A stretch of 64,000 nucleotides of DNA from Schizochytrium sp. TIO01. Taxonomy: Eukaryota > Protista > Bigyra: Labyrinthulomycetes. The notes beneath the pieces were generated by a model, which was given only the letters and a program-made list of their open reading frames with translations, had not been told where the DNA came from and ran no database searches. How positions within the stretch are numbered: the stretch's first letter is position 1; the number at the start of each line of letters is the position of its first letter. Below are positions 12,799 through 24,725 of the stretch, piece after piece. Both the position numbers and the translations under genes were made by a program. The DNA is taken from positions 744,001 to 808,000 of the forward strand of contig SMSO01000035.1 of NCBI GenBank assembly GCA_004764695.1. The letters run 5' to 3'.

Positions 12799-15700
12799 CT
12801 CTAATTTAAATCATAGATCATACAAATTCATTTATTTTTTAGTTCAAAATGAGTACATAATGATTACTCATCTGTGGAAGACTCCCAATGAATAAATTAA
12901 AACAAAGAAGAAGTGAAAATAAACGGCCATCAGTAGGTTATATAGCACTTTATGCCCACTTATACTCGGAAGGGAGTCATTGTGGCATATTGCCGCGTGG
13001 GGTTACTTTGTGAAAACATTGGTGTGGGCAGACTTGTGAGGGAGTGTGGGCTGTTATGCGATACATTATTTGTATTATATTGGCGATATGCGCAAATTCT
13101 CCCACAGCTCGAGATGACTGGGTGTAGAGATTCCTCTATGCTCCGCTTCATACTCCACTCGCCTTCAGTACCCCTTCTGTAGCAGAGTGTAGCAAGTGGA
13201 ACAGAGTAAAGCAGAGTCGCAAATATCTTTCCAGCCAGATCCGGGCCGTTTCGAAATCCCGATGGGCGTGCGTCGCCGTTGTCAAGAGCATGATTCCTGG
13301 TAGAAGACAATAAAGCAGTTCTCCAAGAAGGGCTTCTGGATTCATTCCTTGTCTCCTTTCTTTCTTCTACCTATGGCATCATGGAACAGAAACTTGTTTC
13401 ACAGCTCTCTGCGATCTCTCGAAGAGTATCTACAACATCCATCTATCCATCCATCAGTGCTCTTTTACGAATAGTCACCAAAATCGGACCTAATCAGTTC
13501 AAGATAACTACGCCTCGAGCACTCAACATTTACCCGAGGTTAGCCGGTGCCAGCAACAACATGCGCATTTTGTAGTCTGTTAAAACTAGCTTTGCGAGGT
13601 ACTGCATCTTCTTCCTGATAACACAGGAACCAAGTTTGCACATTATATGCGAAGAAGCCTACGCTTGATCCGACCTCATTCTTTTTCTTGATGTTGTTCA
13701 ACCAAATGGCATATACACCATGCTTCTGCTGCAGCCTCCTCCCCTAGTCTAGTATCTCCATTGGGTTGATAACATTCATTCAAGCGAAACCAGCAGGAGT
13801 TTCACTATGCAGTGCATACCACAAAAAGAGGCCTGTTCGACATTGATCAAAAGAGGTTCACATAGCTAGAATGCAAGCTTTCTGGAATAAGACGAAATAT
13901 GATTAAAGATTAACGCAGATATCCTTCGTGTCCATTAATTAGTGTGGTAAGAACTGCAGACAAAAATGCCTCAGTCAGCGCAGGAAATATTCAGAAAGGC
14001 GTTCAAGCCGCTCTGCAGTATCAGACTTAAAACCAAATGTACCATTAAGCATGAAGTTGTTATTGTTCACCCCAACAAGATCCCGCCAGGTAGGCATAAT
14101 AAATACACGAATGATATGAATGATGTGTGGAACTTTAGTAATTCACAAATTTGCTACGACGAGCTCGATTATTTCATGTAAGCTCAAACCAGTAGAGACA
14201 CCAAAAATATCATGTTTGAGTACCTCTTGTAAGATTGCACAATTTCTGTTTCTTTAAAGCACTGATAACTATGTGCGCAATTCAGAAAGTTAGATCAATT
14301 TCAAACGAGTTGAACATCCTTATGGTATTCTCTTTAATTTGAACCTCTTAACAAGGAAACCCGAGTTTTGCACTGCATTCAATGACTACCTACTGCAGGG
14401 TTGCAAGAGGGAAAAAATACAAGAGCGCGTTGAACTTTAAATATTTCAAGTTGAGAGAGATCTGTAGGTATGCCATGCATAGTTTGGCAGAACTTCAAAA
14501 TCAAATGAAGCATTTCCATCGCAACCTAGCTAGGATCCCTTATTCTTAGAAAGCCACATTGCTTGAAGGTATTTTCTCGCCTATACAAATAGCTGCTTGG
14601 ACGGACATGCTCGAGATCTTCAATCACCATTTGAAGTATATACTGAAAGATGACTCTGGTCAGCTAGAGGTTGACTACACATAAGAATTTGTGAGAATAC
14701 GTATGCACTCTTACTGGTAACCATTAAAAGATTAAGGCAGCACATTTGAGGAAGGTTTGAAGAATTGATAATATTTGGCTTCAAGAGTAAACCATCTGAT
14801 GTCTCTGGAAATGAGATCCAGGGAATACAAATTCATTTTTATTATAGACCTAATCTGCATTAGACATAATTGAAGAAGGTATGTCTTGTCTATCCAACCA
14901 TCAATCTTCTACTATCATTTAGATTGCATAACACTTTACTCTCGTGAATATCAATACGTTTACTTTCAGTTCCCGGTTGTCTGGAGCTCATAACCATACA
15001 CTTGGCTATCAAGTTATGATCCACTATGAGCCCTAAACTCCGGAGGGCTTACAACAGGACACCAGGAACTCTACCAATACAATGTTCACAAGTTCCTTCG
15101 ATTGAAGATCTCAGCGGTATGTCTAGAGCATGTTTAAGGCGCCAACTCGTATTGCTCCTTTTTATTCGACACCATAGAGTGAACTGCACTCTGTGTAATT
15201 TGAGCCTGCTGTGAATCTCAAAGAGCAGCCAATTTTGATTTGAAATATCAAGTCTAGGCTATGCCTTGCTCTGCTTTTTAATCTCCTATAGAGGTGAATC
15301 CAATGAAGCGGGCTCTCTCGTCCGCCATACAAAAAAAAAGCTTGCATATATATTTCAAAGGACCATGGAAGCAAAGCTGTGCGACCTCCAACGAGGTTCT
15401 TACGAAACTTCAGCTGTATCCATACAAAAGTGTAATACATAATGTATTTGCCGACATCTCCAACCTCTCAAAATATTAAAACCTTTTGACTACATTTGCA
15501 TTTTGCACCTAAGCAAATGTTCATCTAAACCACCCCGTGACAGTGACACCATCATTTGCGATTCAGGCAGGGAAAATTGGTACATTAAGAGATAACACTA
15601 AGCAAAAGGCGAAGTTCTCTCTCATCGTGGTACCTGGCCGTTTACTTTTTATTCTTCTCGGTCTCTATTCTAGAGATTGCGAAAGCCCATAGTTTCAAGT

Positions 15701-16850
15701 AAAAAACGATTCTGTATCGTATTTCGTGTCCTCTCGTCCTGGCCAAAGTTGCATTTAACCAACGAACCAGTTAACGTAGTTTTATTGCCACGCGTTTCTA
15801 AATACATCAATTAGCATATTTACAGCATGAACTTGTCACAATGCGGAACACTCTAGTCTGCGTGGAAAGAGTTCATGCAGTACATAGGTACATATTCAAC
15901 GCTTGCACCAGTACAAGGTACCATCTCCGCATCTCTTTTTTGCTTTAAGACATAGAAATCTCACGAATAAAAGCTTTGTCGTACTCAGTATACAACTCCG
16001 ACCGCTCGCAAGTGAATTCGGGACCTCCGGGATGCTTGTGCGATGGTCTTTTTCAAAACTCCCACCAGTAAACTCCCAAAGACCTGCATCTTCTCAGCTG
16101 TATTCTCTAACTATTGAAATCCCAAGCTCACAGTCTCTCTAGCTAGCACACCTACGCTGATATTTGTTGTTTCATACTACTACGAAAGTATTATCATGGA
16201 GCAACATCGCAAACTCTGACTCCAGTGCTCTCTCTAACCTCCTAACGCGACCACACAATCAACTTTGGCAGCCCAGGAGTTAGCTGACACTCACTAAAGA
16301 TCACACTGTTGCCGATACATCAATGACTCTATCTCGCCCAGTTTCATGCAACTTTGAAGTCGGGACAATCTCTAAGATTTCTTTGATACCCCAAGGGTAG
16401 ACAAAATATTGTCAAAGTCTCAACTTCCTTAGCGATCATGCGTACTCTTATGAGTTAATAATAAGTAACATTCTGCGCAACCCAATTTCATTTTTCTTTT
16501 TCTTCCAATTTTAAGGAAAGGTGGTTATTTTTGAGCGATGAGCGTGCAAATTAACAAAGACAGCGACTTACGCCCGATGGATACGACAAATGGTAATAAC
16601 TGATGCGGAAGAACCTTAAGAGTTCTGAACGATTGCCAAGCTCGCAAATATTAAAATTGCATACGAAGGATGTCAGCAAACTCTTAATTGACATATGCTG
16701 ACTATATAGACTAAGCACAAGCAATCCGGAGCCCGTGACACTTTTTCCAAAGCCACAAGCATCAATAGATAATCACCTCTTTTCGCTTGAAGTATTAACT
16801 CGCAGTTCAACCCCATTTGAGCTGTCGCGTGTCTGAACCTAGCTTTGAGA

Positions 16851-19235
16851 ATGGGTCAACGGTCCACGAAATCGCAGAGGAGCGGAAGCAGTAGCTTCGA
16901 AAATTCTGTCGAAGTCGCAGCAGAGGACGAAGAAATCCTTTTTCATCCACGAAAACGCAGGCCATCTGATGTTTCAATGCAGACCGTTCTACAAGAACCT
17001 CTGGTATCGGATGCTTTTCGTGATTTCATGCATGAAAAGTTAAGTGAAAACCTTGTGTCCCTTTGGGTTGACCTGTACAGCTACGAACGAATCTCTTACG
17101 AAAGTACGGCTAAGCAAGTGCGAGCCCAGGCTCTTTTTTCTAAATACTTTGCTGATCATGCGCCTCTGGGATCAGTCTGCAATGACTTTCTTGACCATGA
17201 AACCCTTACAAGCTTATGCTCACAGCTCATGGTGCTCCCAGGTTCCGACATCGTTCAACAATCGGATGCATGCGCTCTTGGTGCAGCCTTTAAGTTGACA
17301 TATGCAAAATTGATCACATACCTGAAGTTTGAATTCATGCCCCAGTTTCTCGTCTCAGATCACTTTGGCCGACTGGAAGGAAATGAGGAATCTCTGTGGG
17401 ATGAGCTCGACGCGTCTGCTGGTCCAGATGCAGAGGTTGTTCTCAAACACCCATGGTTGCTGTCTTATTTTTCCGAGTTTATCTATTCTGTCATCTTGCT
17501 TGACGATGACTCCGCTGCAGACAATCCAGCAGTTGCTGCTACCATGGCTACTGCGGCAGCTTTGGGAAACTCCACAAGCAGTTGCCCCTCTCGTCTTCGA
17601 AAGCAGCGTCTGCCAACTAGCATACCCAGAACCTCAGGTCAAAAGAACGTTGTCGATGAGTTCACTGGTACTTTACGTTCTGCCCGAGACTTAGTAGAAC
17701 TTTACTTTGAAGTGGAGGACTATAGTTGCTGGGCCGCAGACCGTGCTCATCAATTTGAAAGGCTCCGTCGTATTCTTTCTAGATTTGGCAACTCATCATC
17801 AGGTTCAAAAACAAACACTCTACCAACTGTCACCGACCGCAGAGCTATCGAACCACCAATTGCGTATCTGGATCACCATCTCGCCCAATTCGAAATGAAA
17901 ATCTCCCGCTATCACGATCTTGTATACCGTAAAAAGGACGCAGCATTCCTGGAACCCGTGCGTCAAGAGGTGCTTCGAAGACTTAATACGCATATTATCC
18001 CATTATTCAGAGAAAACTTTCTGTATAACTTGGCTATGGACGGCGCGTCCCCAGGAACGGAGCGTGTACGTAAGGCAGAACGCTCCTTTGCGAAAATCAG
18101 GCAGCTTGCAGACTTTGCAGAGAAAAGAAAACTTGCCAACCAATTTACGTACACATATACCCTTGAGAGTGCATTGTCGTTGCCTTGGGGTGCATACTAT
18201 TTAAAGAGGTTTGCTCGTAAGCGCTTGCAGGAAGAAAACATCCTTTTTGTTCTTGAAATTGATGCTTTCTCACGCTTGGCAGCACACAAGAAGCAAGATA
18301 AGTCCTCAGAGGATATTGCTTATATTCGCCGTCGGATTAAGCGAATTTGTGAGTTGTATATTGCTGATAACGCGCAACTTCAGGTCAACATTTCGCATAC
18401 TATGCGCAGCGAAGTACTGAATCGTGCACTAGAAACTGATACCCATGCACCGGACACATTCGACGATGCTCGCGAGGAGGTTCTGCGTATGCTAAGACTG
18501 AATATGTGGCCGGCATTTCAACATGACAACATGCACGAAAACTTCATTAAAAAATGCGCTCATAACATGCATCGTAGAGGTGCAGATGGAAAAGACCTTG
18601 GTCCTCTTCACCTTCCCGCAAGCTCTGACGTAGACCTTGACCTCGACTTTGAAGAAGATAGAAGCCTAGATTCATCCTTAGGTACCTGCCAAACTTCTTC
18701 AACAAAGTCATCGCGAGACTGCTCCATGTCCTCAGGTCATATTTCAAACTGTGAGAGTTCTGGAAAAAGTATTGCTACATGTTTGCATGACAACGATGCC
18801 CCAAATGATTGCTCAATTGCCCTAGCAAATCCTCATATGCATATTGCAGACAACCTAGTGGCTCTGAGAGATGACATTCCGTTAAGCAACGAAACCACTG
18901 GTGTAGACTTAGATGAACAAATAACTCAGCAAATGAACAACTCTCATGACCAGGATAATAAGCATGAATGTGAGTCTCGGCTTGACTGTGTATGTACAAA
19001 TGAGGCGAATTGTCAAGAAACCCAAGCCTGTAATATCTCTTCACAAGAGTTATCAGCTCCTATCTGCAACAACGAAAACAACACTGGCATTGAGTATAAT
19101 GTTGGTGCTGAGCTTACAAGAAGTTCTAGCTCGCAAAGTATGAAAAACTCACAAACCGCCTCTCACGTCAATCTATGTGACGTGGAGCTGAAAGCAGGCA
19201 TACAGAGCACGAATACTGCTACTAAAGGTGCGTAA
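16851..19235 (+). CDS. Regulator of G-protein signalling protein with three RGS domains and a disordered C-terminus
   Basis: RGS-like blocks: LQEPLVSDAFRDFM..SENLVSLW..FMPQFLVS; a degenerate middle block VLKHPWLLSYFSEF..HIIPLFRE; and YLKRFARKRLQEENILFVLEI..QVNISHTMR..FDDAREEVLRMLRLNMWPAF. First ATG at 16851. Confidence 0.85.
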   Translation: MGQRSTKSQRSGSSSFENSVEVAAEDEEILFHPRKRRPSDVSMQTVLQEPLVSDAFRDFMHEKLSENLVSLWVDLYSYERISYESTAKQVRAQALFSKYFADHAPLGSVCNDFLDHETLTSLCSQLMVLPGSDIVQQSDACALGAAFKLTYAKLITYLKFEFMPQFLVSDHFGRLEGNEESLWDELDASAGPDAEVVLKHPWLLSYFSEFIYSVILLDDDSAADNPAVAATMATAAALGNSTSSCPSRLRKQRLPTSIPRTSGQKNVVDEFTGTLRSARDLVELYFEVEDYSCWAADRAHQFERLRRILSRFGNSSSGSKTNTLPTVTDRRAIEPPIAYLDHHLAQFEMKISRYHDLVYRKKDAAFLEPVRQEVLRRLNTHIIPLFRENFLYNLAMDGASPGTERVRKAERSFAKIRQLADFAEKRKLANQFTYTYTLESALSLPWGAYYLKRFARKRLQEENILFVLEIDAFSRLAAHKKQDKSSEDIAYIRRRIKRICELYIADNAQLQVNISHTMRSEVLNRALETDTHAPDTFDDAREEVLRMLRLNMWPAFQHDNMHENFIKKCAHNMHRRGADGKDLGPLHLPASSDVDLDLDFEEDRSLDSSLGTCQTSSTKSSRDCSMSSGHISNCESSGKSIATCLHDNDAPNDCSIALANPHMHIADNLVALRDDIPLSNETTGVDLDEQITQQMNNSHDQDNKHECESRLDCVCTNEANCQETQACNISSQELSAPICNNENNTGIEYNVGAELTRSSSSQSMKNSQTASHVNLCDVELKAGIQSTNTATKGA

Positions 19236-19934
19236 GCCCTCCTGATACTATTCGCGAGTCTTGCAGTTGAAACCCTGCAGTATTGGTACGTTTCGGGAAG
19301 CAGCACAAAAAAAATAACATGCAAATCATAAACTAATATTTTTTTAATTAGGTGTGCCGAGTATACCGATTTCCTTTTGAGAAGCCTCACCTGTGACTAA
19401 CGAAGATTTGATCAGGATTGTAACATGATCTATGCAGTTGAAGCAACTGAAATATGGTATTACTTCAAAAAATCATTTCCTTCAGAGATCAAAATGGATA
19501 TCCAAAAGTTTTCTTTCTTGTTGTGGAAATATCGTTGATTTCAAGGTGTTGTTCTTACAAGTGAGGGTTGCGATGCGATTGGTCAAGGCTTCATGTAAAC
19601 CTGCAGCATCAACGATGTGATGATCATAATTTCCTTTTGATGTTGTTTCTTTCCTTGACTTACTACTCGATCTAAGGTTTCACTTCCACATCCATTTTTT
19701 TAAGTTTTTTCTTTGCATCCTTCACAAGACTTGCACGAAATTTTAAAATGCCGACTAAATCGAAAGCATATATTGATAATTTAAATTATATATGCGTTTC
19801 CTTTGATTTGACGCATCTGAGTGCGCTAAATATTTACTCTTAAAGAAGAAAATGACAATATTTGTTTTTTTAATTAGAAACATGGAAACTTCAGGGCTAG
19901 TGAGACGAGACAGTAGCGTCGAGTCTTCGTTTCG

Positions 19935-20012
19935 CTTGCGAGTCAGGGTAACGTAAAGCCTTGTTCAATTTGACAAGGAAAACTTTCTCTACGAGACCCA
20001 TCATAAGAATGC
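19935..20012 (-). promoter_or_regulatory. SECIS element (form 2-like) in the TrxR 3' UTR
   Basis: Minus strand reads ATGAT-GGG-TCT-CGTAGAG-AAA-gtttt-CCTTGT..ACAAGG-CTTTACG-TTA-CCC-TGAC. This gives a UGA/GA quartet, helix II (GGG/CCC, CGTAGAG/CTTTACG), unpaired AAA and an apical ministem, about 410 nt after the Sec codon. Confidence 0.75.
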
Positions 20013-20411
20013 CAATCACCATTGCACTGTGCACAGTAGCTGTTGGTTTTAGTGCGATTAACCCACTTCGAGAGTTTCCCCAAACAAGAGTAAAGAGCAA
20101 TCTCATTTCCCTCCAGATGAAGGACATATATACACCATATACCTGACAGTATCTGGCGACATCTAGTATTCTGCTAGAAGAAAAGAGAAAGCCAAACTTA
20201 AGCATGGCAAGATGCCACCCGTCACAGCGCACGTATCTGTACAAAAACGAAAATGTTTTCGAAGACCATCTCAATAAGTTGGTCTTACCCCTCTCTTTGA
20301 ACTATAGCTAGACTGTCAGCAAGCTTAGGAGAAAGAAATTTTAATCCTAACCCCGAGACAGGTGAATCGGTTCAATTTAGAAGAGGGAGATACACGCAAG
20401 CCGCGACGGGC

Positions 20412-22606
20412 TTAACCTCAGCATCCAGACTTTACAGCGTCCTTGCCTGATGACTTGGGCTCTGTTAAAAGACAAAGTTCCTCACCAATAGTGGGATGAA
20501 TTCCAATTAGTTCAGTCAAATCTTTGTAGGTCATGCCAAACTTGAGACAAATACCATACGCCTGTACCACCTCACCAGCTTCTGGAGACAGAAGATGGAT
20601 GCCAAGGACGCGCTCGTTTTCCTCTTTGTTGACCACCACCTTTGTGTAACACACATTGTACTCACGATTGTGAGGAACAGTCCACTGCAACGGTGTGAAG
20701 TGAGTGTGGTATACCTCAATAGCATCGCCGTACTGCTCTCGGGCATCATCTTCACTCAGGCCAACACAACTGTACTCTAAACCGGCAAAAACAGCAGTAG
20801 GAATACAACGCATATCCACTGGATCTTTCCGCCCAGCATATAAACGTTGAGCCAGGTTCCGACCAAGTTCAATTGCCACAGGAGTCAACTCAAGGATACC
20901 CTGTACACAATCTCCAATGGCAAAAATTGATGGTACATCCGTTTGGGAATGAACAGTCTTAATCTTGCCTACATGGTTGGTTTTGATACCGACATTCTCC
21001 AAGCCAATCTTCGACGTGTCAGCATGACGACCTACAGCTGACAAAACTGTATCAAAAACATCTGAACCATCATCCCAGTGAACAAGAATGCGACCGTCGT
21101 CAGTCCGTTCAAGTTTTTGAGGAACAGCACCACGAATGAACTTGGCTCCCAACTTTTCCATGGCATCGCCAACCTTGTCAGCCATCTGTTGGTCAAAGCC
21201 ACGCAAGAGAATCGATCTGACCATGATAGTTGTGTCATAACCAAACCCAACGAGAAAACTCGCACACTCAAGAGCAACATACGAGGCACCGATCACAAGG
21301 GTTTTACCTGGGGCTTTATCGAGGTAGAACATGTCATCTGATGAGATGGCAAGTTCTCCTCCTTCGCAATCTAATGGCTTTGGGCGGCCTCCTACGGCTA
21401 TCAAGATACGAGCAGCAGTAATGGTCTCTTCCTTTCCCTTCTTGTCCACAGTTTTAACAGTGTGAGGGTCGACAAGGGAACCTAATTTGTTCAGGTATTT
21501 GACGTTCTTCTCGCGAAGCTGAACCTTATAGCCAAAGTTTAGAGATTTAATGTAGTTCCGCACATTATCCACAAGTTTCTCCCAGTTGTGCGATTTGACC
21601 TCAATTTCCCAACCAAAATCGGGAGCATCATGCATGAATTCACCAGTGAGGGCAGCGTGGTGAAAAAGTTTTTTGGGGATGCAACCAACGTTCACACATG
21701 TACCTCCAAGACCCCACTTGGTACCATGCGGAGAAGGTACCACAAAGTCCAACAGGGCAACTTTTGCTCCCAACTCAGAGGCTTCCTTACTTGCAGCAAG
21801 GCCACCCGATCCTCCACCAATAACCACCAAGTCATAGTCAAAGTCGCCATCACTTGGAGCTGGAGCAGGAGCAGCACTAGCATTGACATGAACCATCTCG
21901 CGCATAGACGAGCTGCTGCCACCGACACGAAACTGTTTGCGAGCGAACTCAAGGAAATCATCGCAGCCGCCAATATAATCAGAGTCGTCAATGTAAACAA
22001 TAGGCGAGGAAGTGTGACTCTCAGCACCTTGAAGTCTCTCCTGTGCCTTTGGCAACCATTCCCTAAAAGCTTTCGAGCTTTCTAACTCGATAATTTCCGT
22101 CTCGATAGCATCCGGGAAAAGGAGCTCAAGTGACGCCGCCACATTCGCTGCCTGCTGAAAGAACGAGCCTGTAGATTTTTTTATTAACACATTCGGATTT
22201 GCCAAAAACACCACCATATCAATTTAAATGGAGTGTGATATTCAGATTTTCAAAACAGAGTATGTCAGTTTGGATTCCAATAGCCACAATCCAGAATTAG
22301 TCACGGTTGCCCAAAGCTAAGAAACGAATATACGAGGTACACGTTTTTAACCGCTGCTGTTCCGTAATATTTGTAATAAATATTCATACAAAACAGCATT
22401 CAAGCAAGCCAAAAACCAAGCCCTCGCGCAACATCTAGACCAAGAAAACCACCAACCCTCAAGACTTTAAGTCCCTCCTTTAAAAGTTAAAACACAAATA
22501 CATCCATCCTTCCACTCCTCCATCCATCAGGGGGAAACACTCCATCATATGCCTAGGGAAACGTACAGGACTTGGAGCCCGCCACAGACAGCTTCACACG
22601 GACCAT
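20412..22606 (-). CDS. TXNRD: Selenoprotein thioredoxin reductase with N-terminal glutaredoxin-like domain (TGR-like). Exons 22606-22567 and 22168-20412; TGA 20420-20418 = Sec
   Basis: Motifs GGGSGG, CVNVGC and GIHPT..EE. The C-terminus reads GGA TGC TGA GGT TAA = G-C-U-G-stop. Upstream exon MVRVKLSVAGSKS has a GTACGT donor and joins in frame at a ctacAG acceptor, giving ..SKSCSFFQQA. Confidence 0.93.
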
Positions 22607-24725
22607 GGTGCTGGCGCCGCTGCCCATGCAAGGCGGCGCAGGCCCTCGCACCGCCCTTGCGATCGGGGTCTGGGTTCGGGTCGAAAGGAGCTTGTGAGTC
22701 TTCACTTCCTTTCTTTTCATTTTTCTTTAGCTTAGGGCTTTAATAGGACAAATCCGGTACTTATGGGCACTCTTACCCAGGCGCCTAGCCAGTCCACTAC
22801 CTTATTTATCATAAAGTTAGTTCTAATTGACTAAAAATTACTAAGACCATCTAGGTACCCTAGACGGCATGAAAAGACACAAATTATACTTCGAAGAGGA
22901 GCACTCTCTTTGCAAAGCCATGTTGTGCTTTCAAACAGTACGTCGAAAACGTCAAGTGACCGAGTACTCGGGGCGCTCAGTGCCAGGGCTTGATCTGAAA
23001 ATTTACAAAGATAAAGTGCTTTCGGAATAAAATTGAAAATCTATCGAATCGCTTCAGGTCTATCAAAAAAGTACCTAATAGTACTAGCACCACTATTAGC
23101 TATTACTAGTAAGAAAAGTAACTAGACGCGATTGCAGAGTTTGCGGAGTTGTGCGGGACGGAGAATTGGAGTGACAATGACGATGTGGATAACGTCAACA
23201 AAGAAGCCATTTCTGTGGACCTAGCAAGCGCTTTCTAGACTTAACAAAAAGACTCCACTAATAGCTGCAATCCTTACAGGAAGCGAAACAGGCAAAATGG
23301 TATTTACCAACAAGTATTTGAGGACGGAGATCTAGCTGATCTGATTCAATTGTTTGGTGTTGGTTGCTGTCTAGTTACCTAAATTGAACACGAGACTAGT
23401 GAACACGACGGATCTGAACACCATGATGCATAGAAATTTAGATTGACTTTTTGTGGGTCGCTTGGAAAGGCTTGCTTACCACCAAGGAGAATGAATTTGA
23501 GTCAGAAATCTAGTAGGTACTTATGCCCTTAGGAAACAAAGAACATTATCATGCTCTTAATTTAAACCGCACCTGACCTAAAAATCTCAGGGAGTATCGA
23601 AAAAGGAAGAGATTTTTTTGCGCGCACAAAACGAATTCTAGCGGATATGATGATGCGTTGCTACTACTAAAGTCTTGCAAATACTGGGTAAAGTTTAAAT
23701 AGAAACGGGGCAACCTGCCAAGGTTGTGCTGATAGAGTCGAAATTGTCTATGCTTATATCACATGGCATGATATCATCTCGACGATGGTAGCCATTCTTG
23801 ATGAGGTGGGATATATAACATCATGCTGCGGCAAAAATAGATGTTTTCCCCGTTTTTCTAGGAAGGAGTAGAATGGTTCTGATCAATAAGGGTTACTAAC
23901 CTATTTGACATAGACTTCGTACGTATGTAGTACTGAATATTCAGATTGTGAGTCAATTATACCTTCTGACAAAGTAGGGTAACCATGACGTTGTCAACTC
24001 GAGATCACCGGAGCGATTTATATTCTCTCGAATCATCACTTTAGTGTTGGAATTTAATCAGTAAGATTCTAAATTCACCCTGTTGGGAAAATCGAGGGGC
24101 TTTTCTAAGTAAGGCCATTTGCGCTAATAACTGAGTGACACTTCAATGCGTTATCGCAGCTGGGAGAATATCTCTTGACAAAAAAGAGTACTACGCTTTG
24201 TCCGGTTTACCCTTTTCCTTTCGGTCTGTCCATATGGATCTACTACCTTTCGCTCCGGCGATAACAACCAAAGCGAACAAAAGCCTTGAGTTTAGATAAA
24301 TCTATGATGCGAAACCTGGGTAGTCCAGCCCACTCAAAATTGCAGAGCTCTTTCAAGTGCGAAGGATGCATATGCAATAGGGAAACTGGTTATGTTTTTC
24401 TTAAGACAAGATTGGATGTGCACCGCTCTCAAACAGCTCGCTAAGCAATCTTAGCTTCAATCTCTTGAAAACTGTGGCGAGGTATTTCTAGGAGAGCATG
24501 TTTTCCTTAAATTTATTTTGATACTAGTGTCTACCTCTACAAGTTGAGTCTATCTGCACGCAGTGCAAGCCCATAGCTCCTATCAGACTTGTTCAAGCAT
24601 CAAATATTGTACAGGAGAGGAAGGCTTAATGAGTCATTGATACCGTCTAAGAGTCTCCACTATTGCTCCCATTAGGCACTCGAATATTAGTATTACTAGT
24701 AAACGACTACTAGTTGAACAACTGA

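Noticed and set aside
12900-16800. Coding-like composition with short broken ORFs, possible decayed element or viral insert
   Set aside because: No recognisable RT, integrase, transposase or capsid motif in the frames I examined, so no call is supported without a translated search.
22169-22217. ORF-track N-terminus MVVFLANPNVLIKKSTG of TrxR
   Set aside because: It lies in the 3' end of the predicted intron. The upstream exon gives a better Grx-like start that includes the Cys.
23298-23316. atggtatttaccaacaagt is similar to atgatatttaccaataagt in the SENP gene (~24876)
   Set aside because: A 17/19 match with no extension on either side is expected by chance in a window this size.
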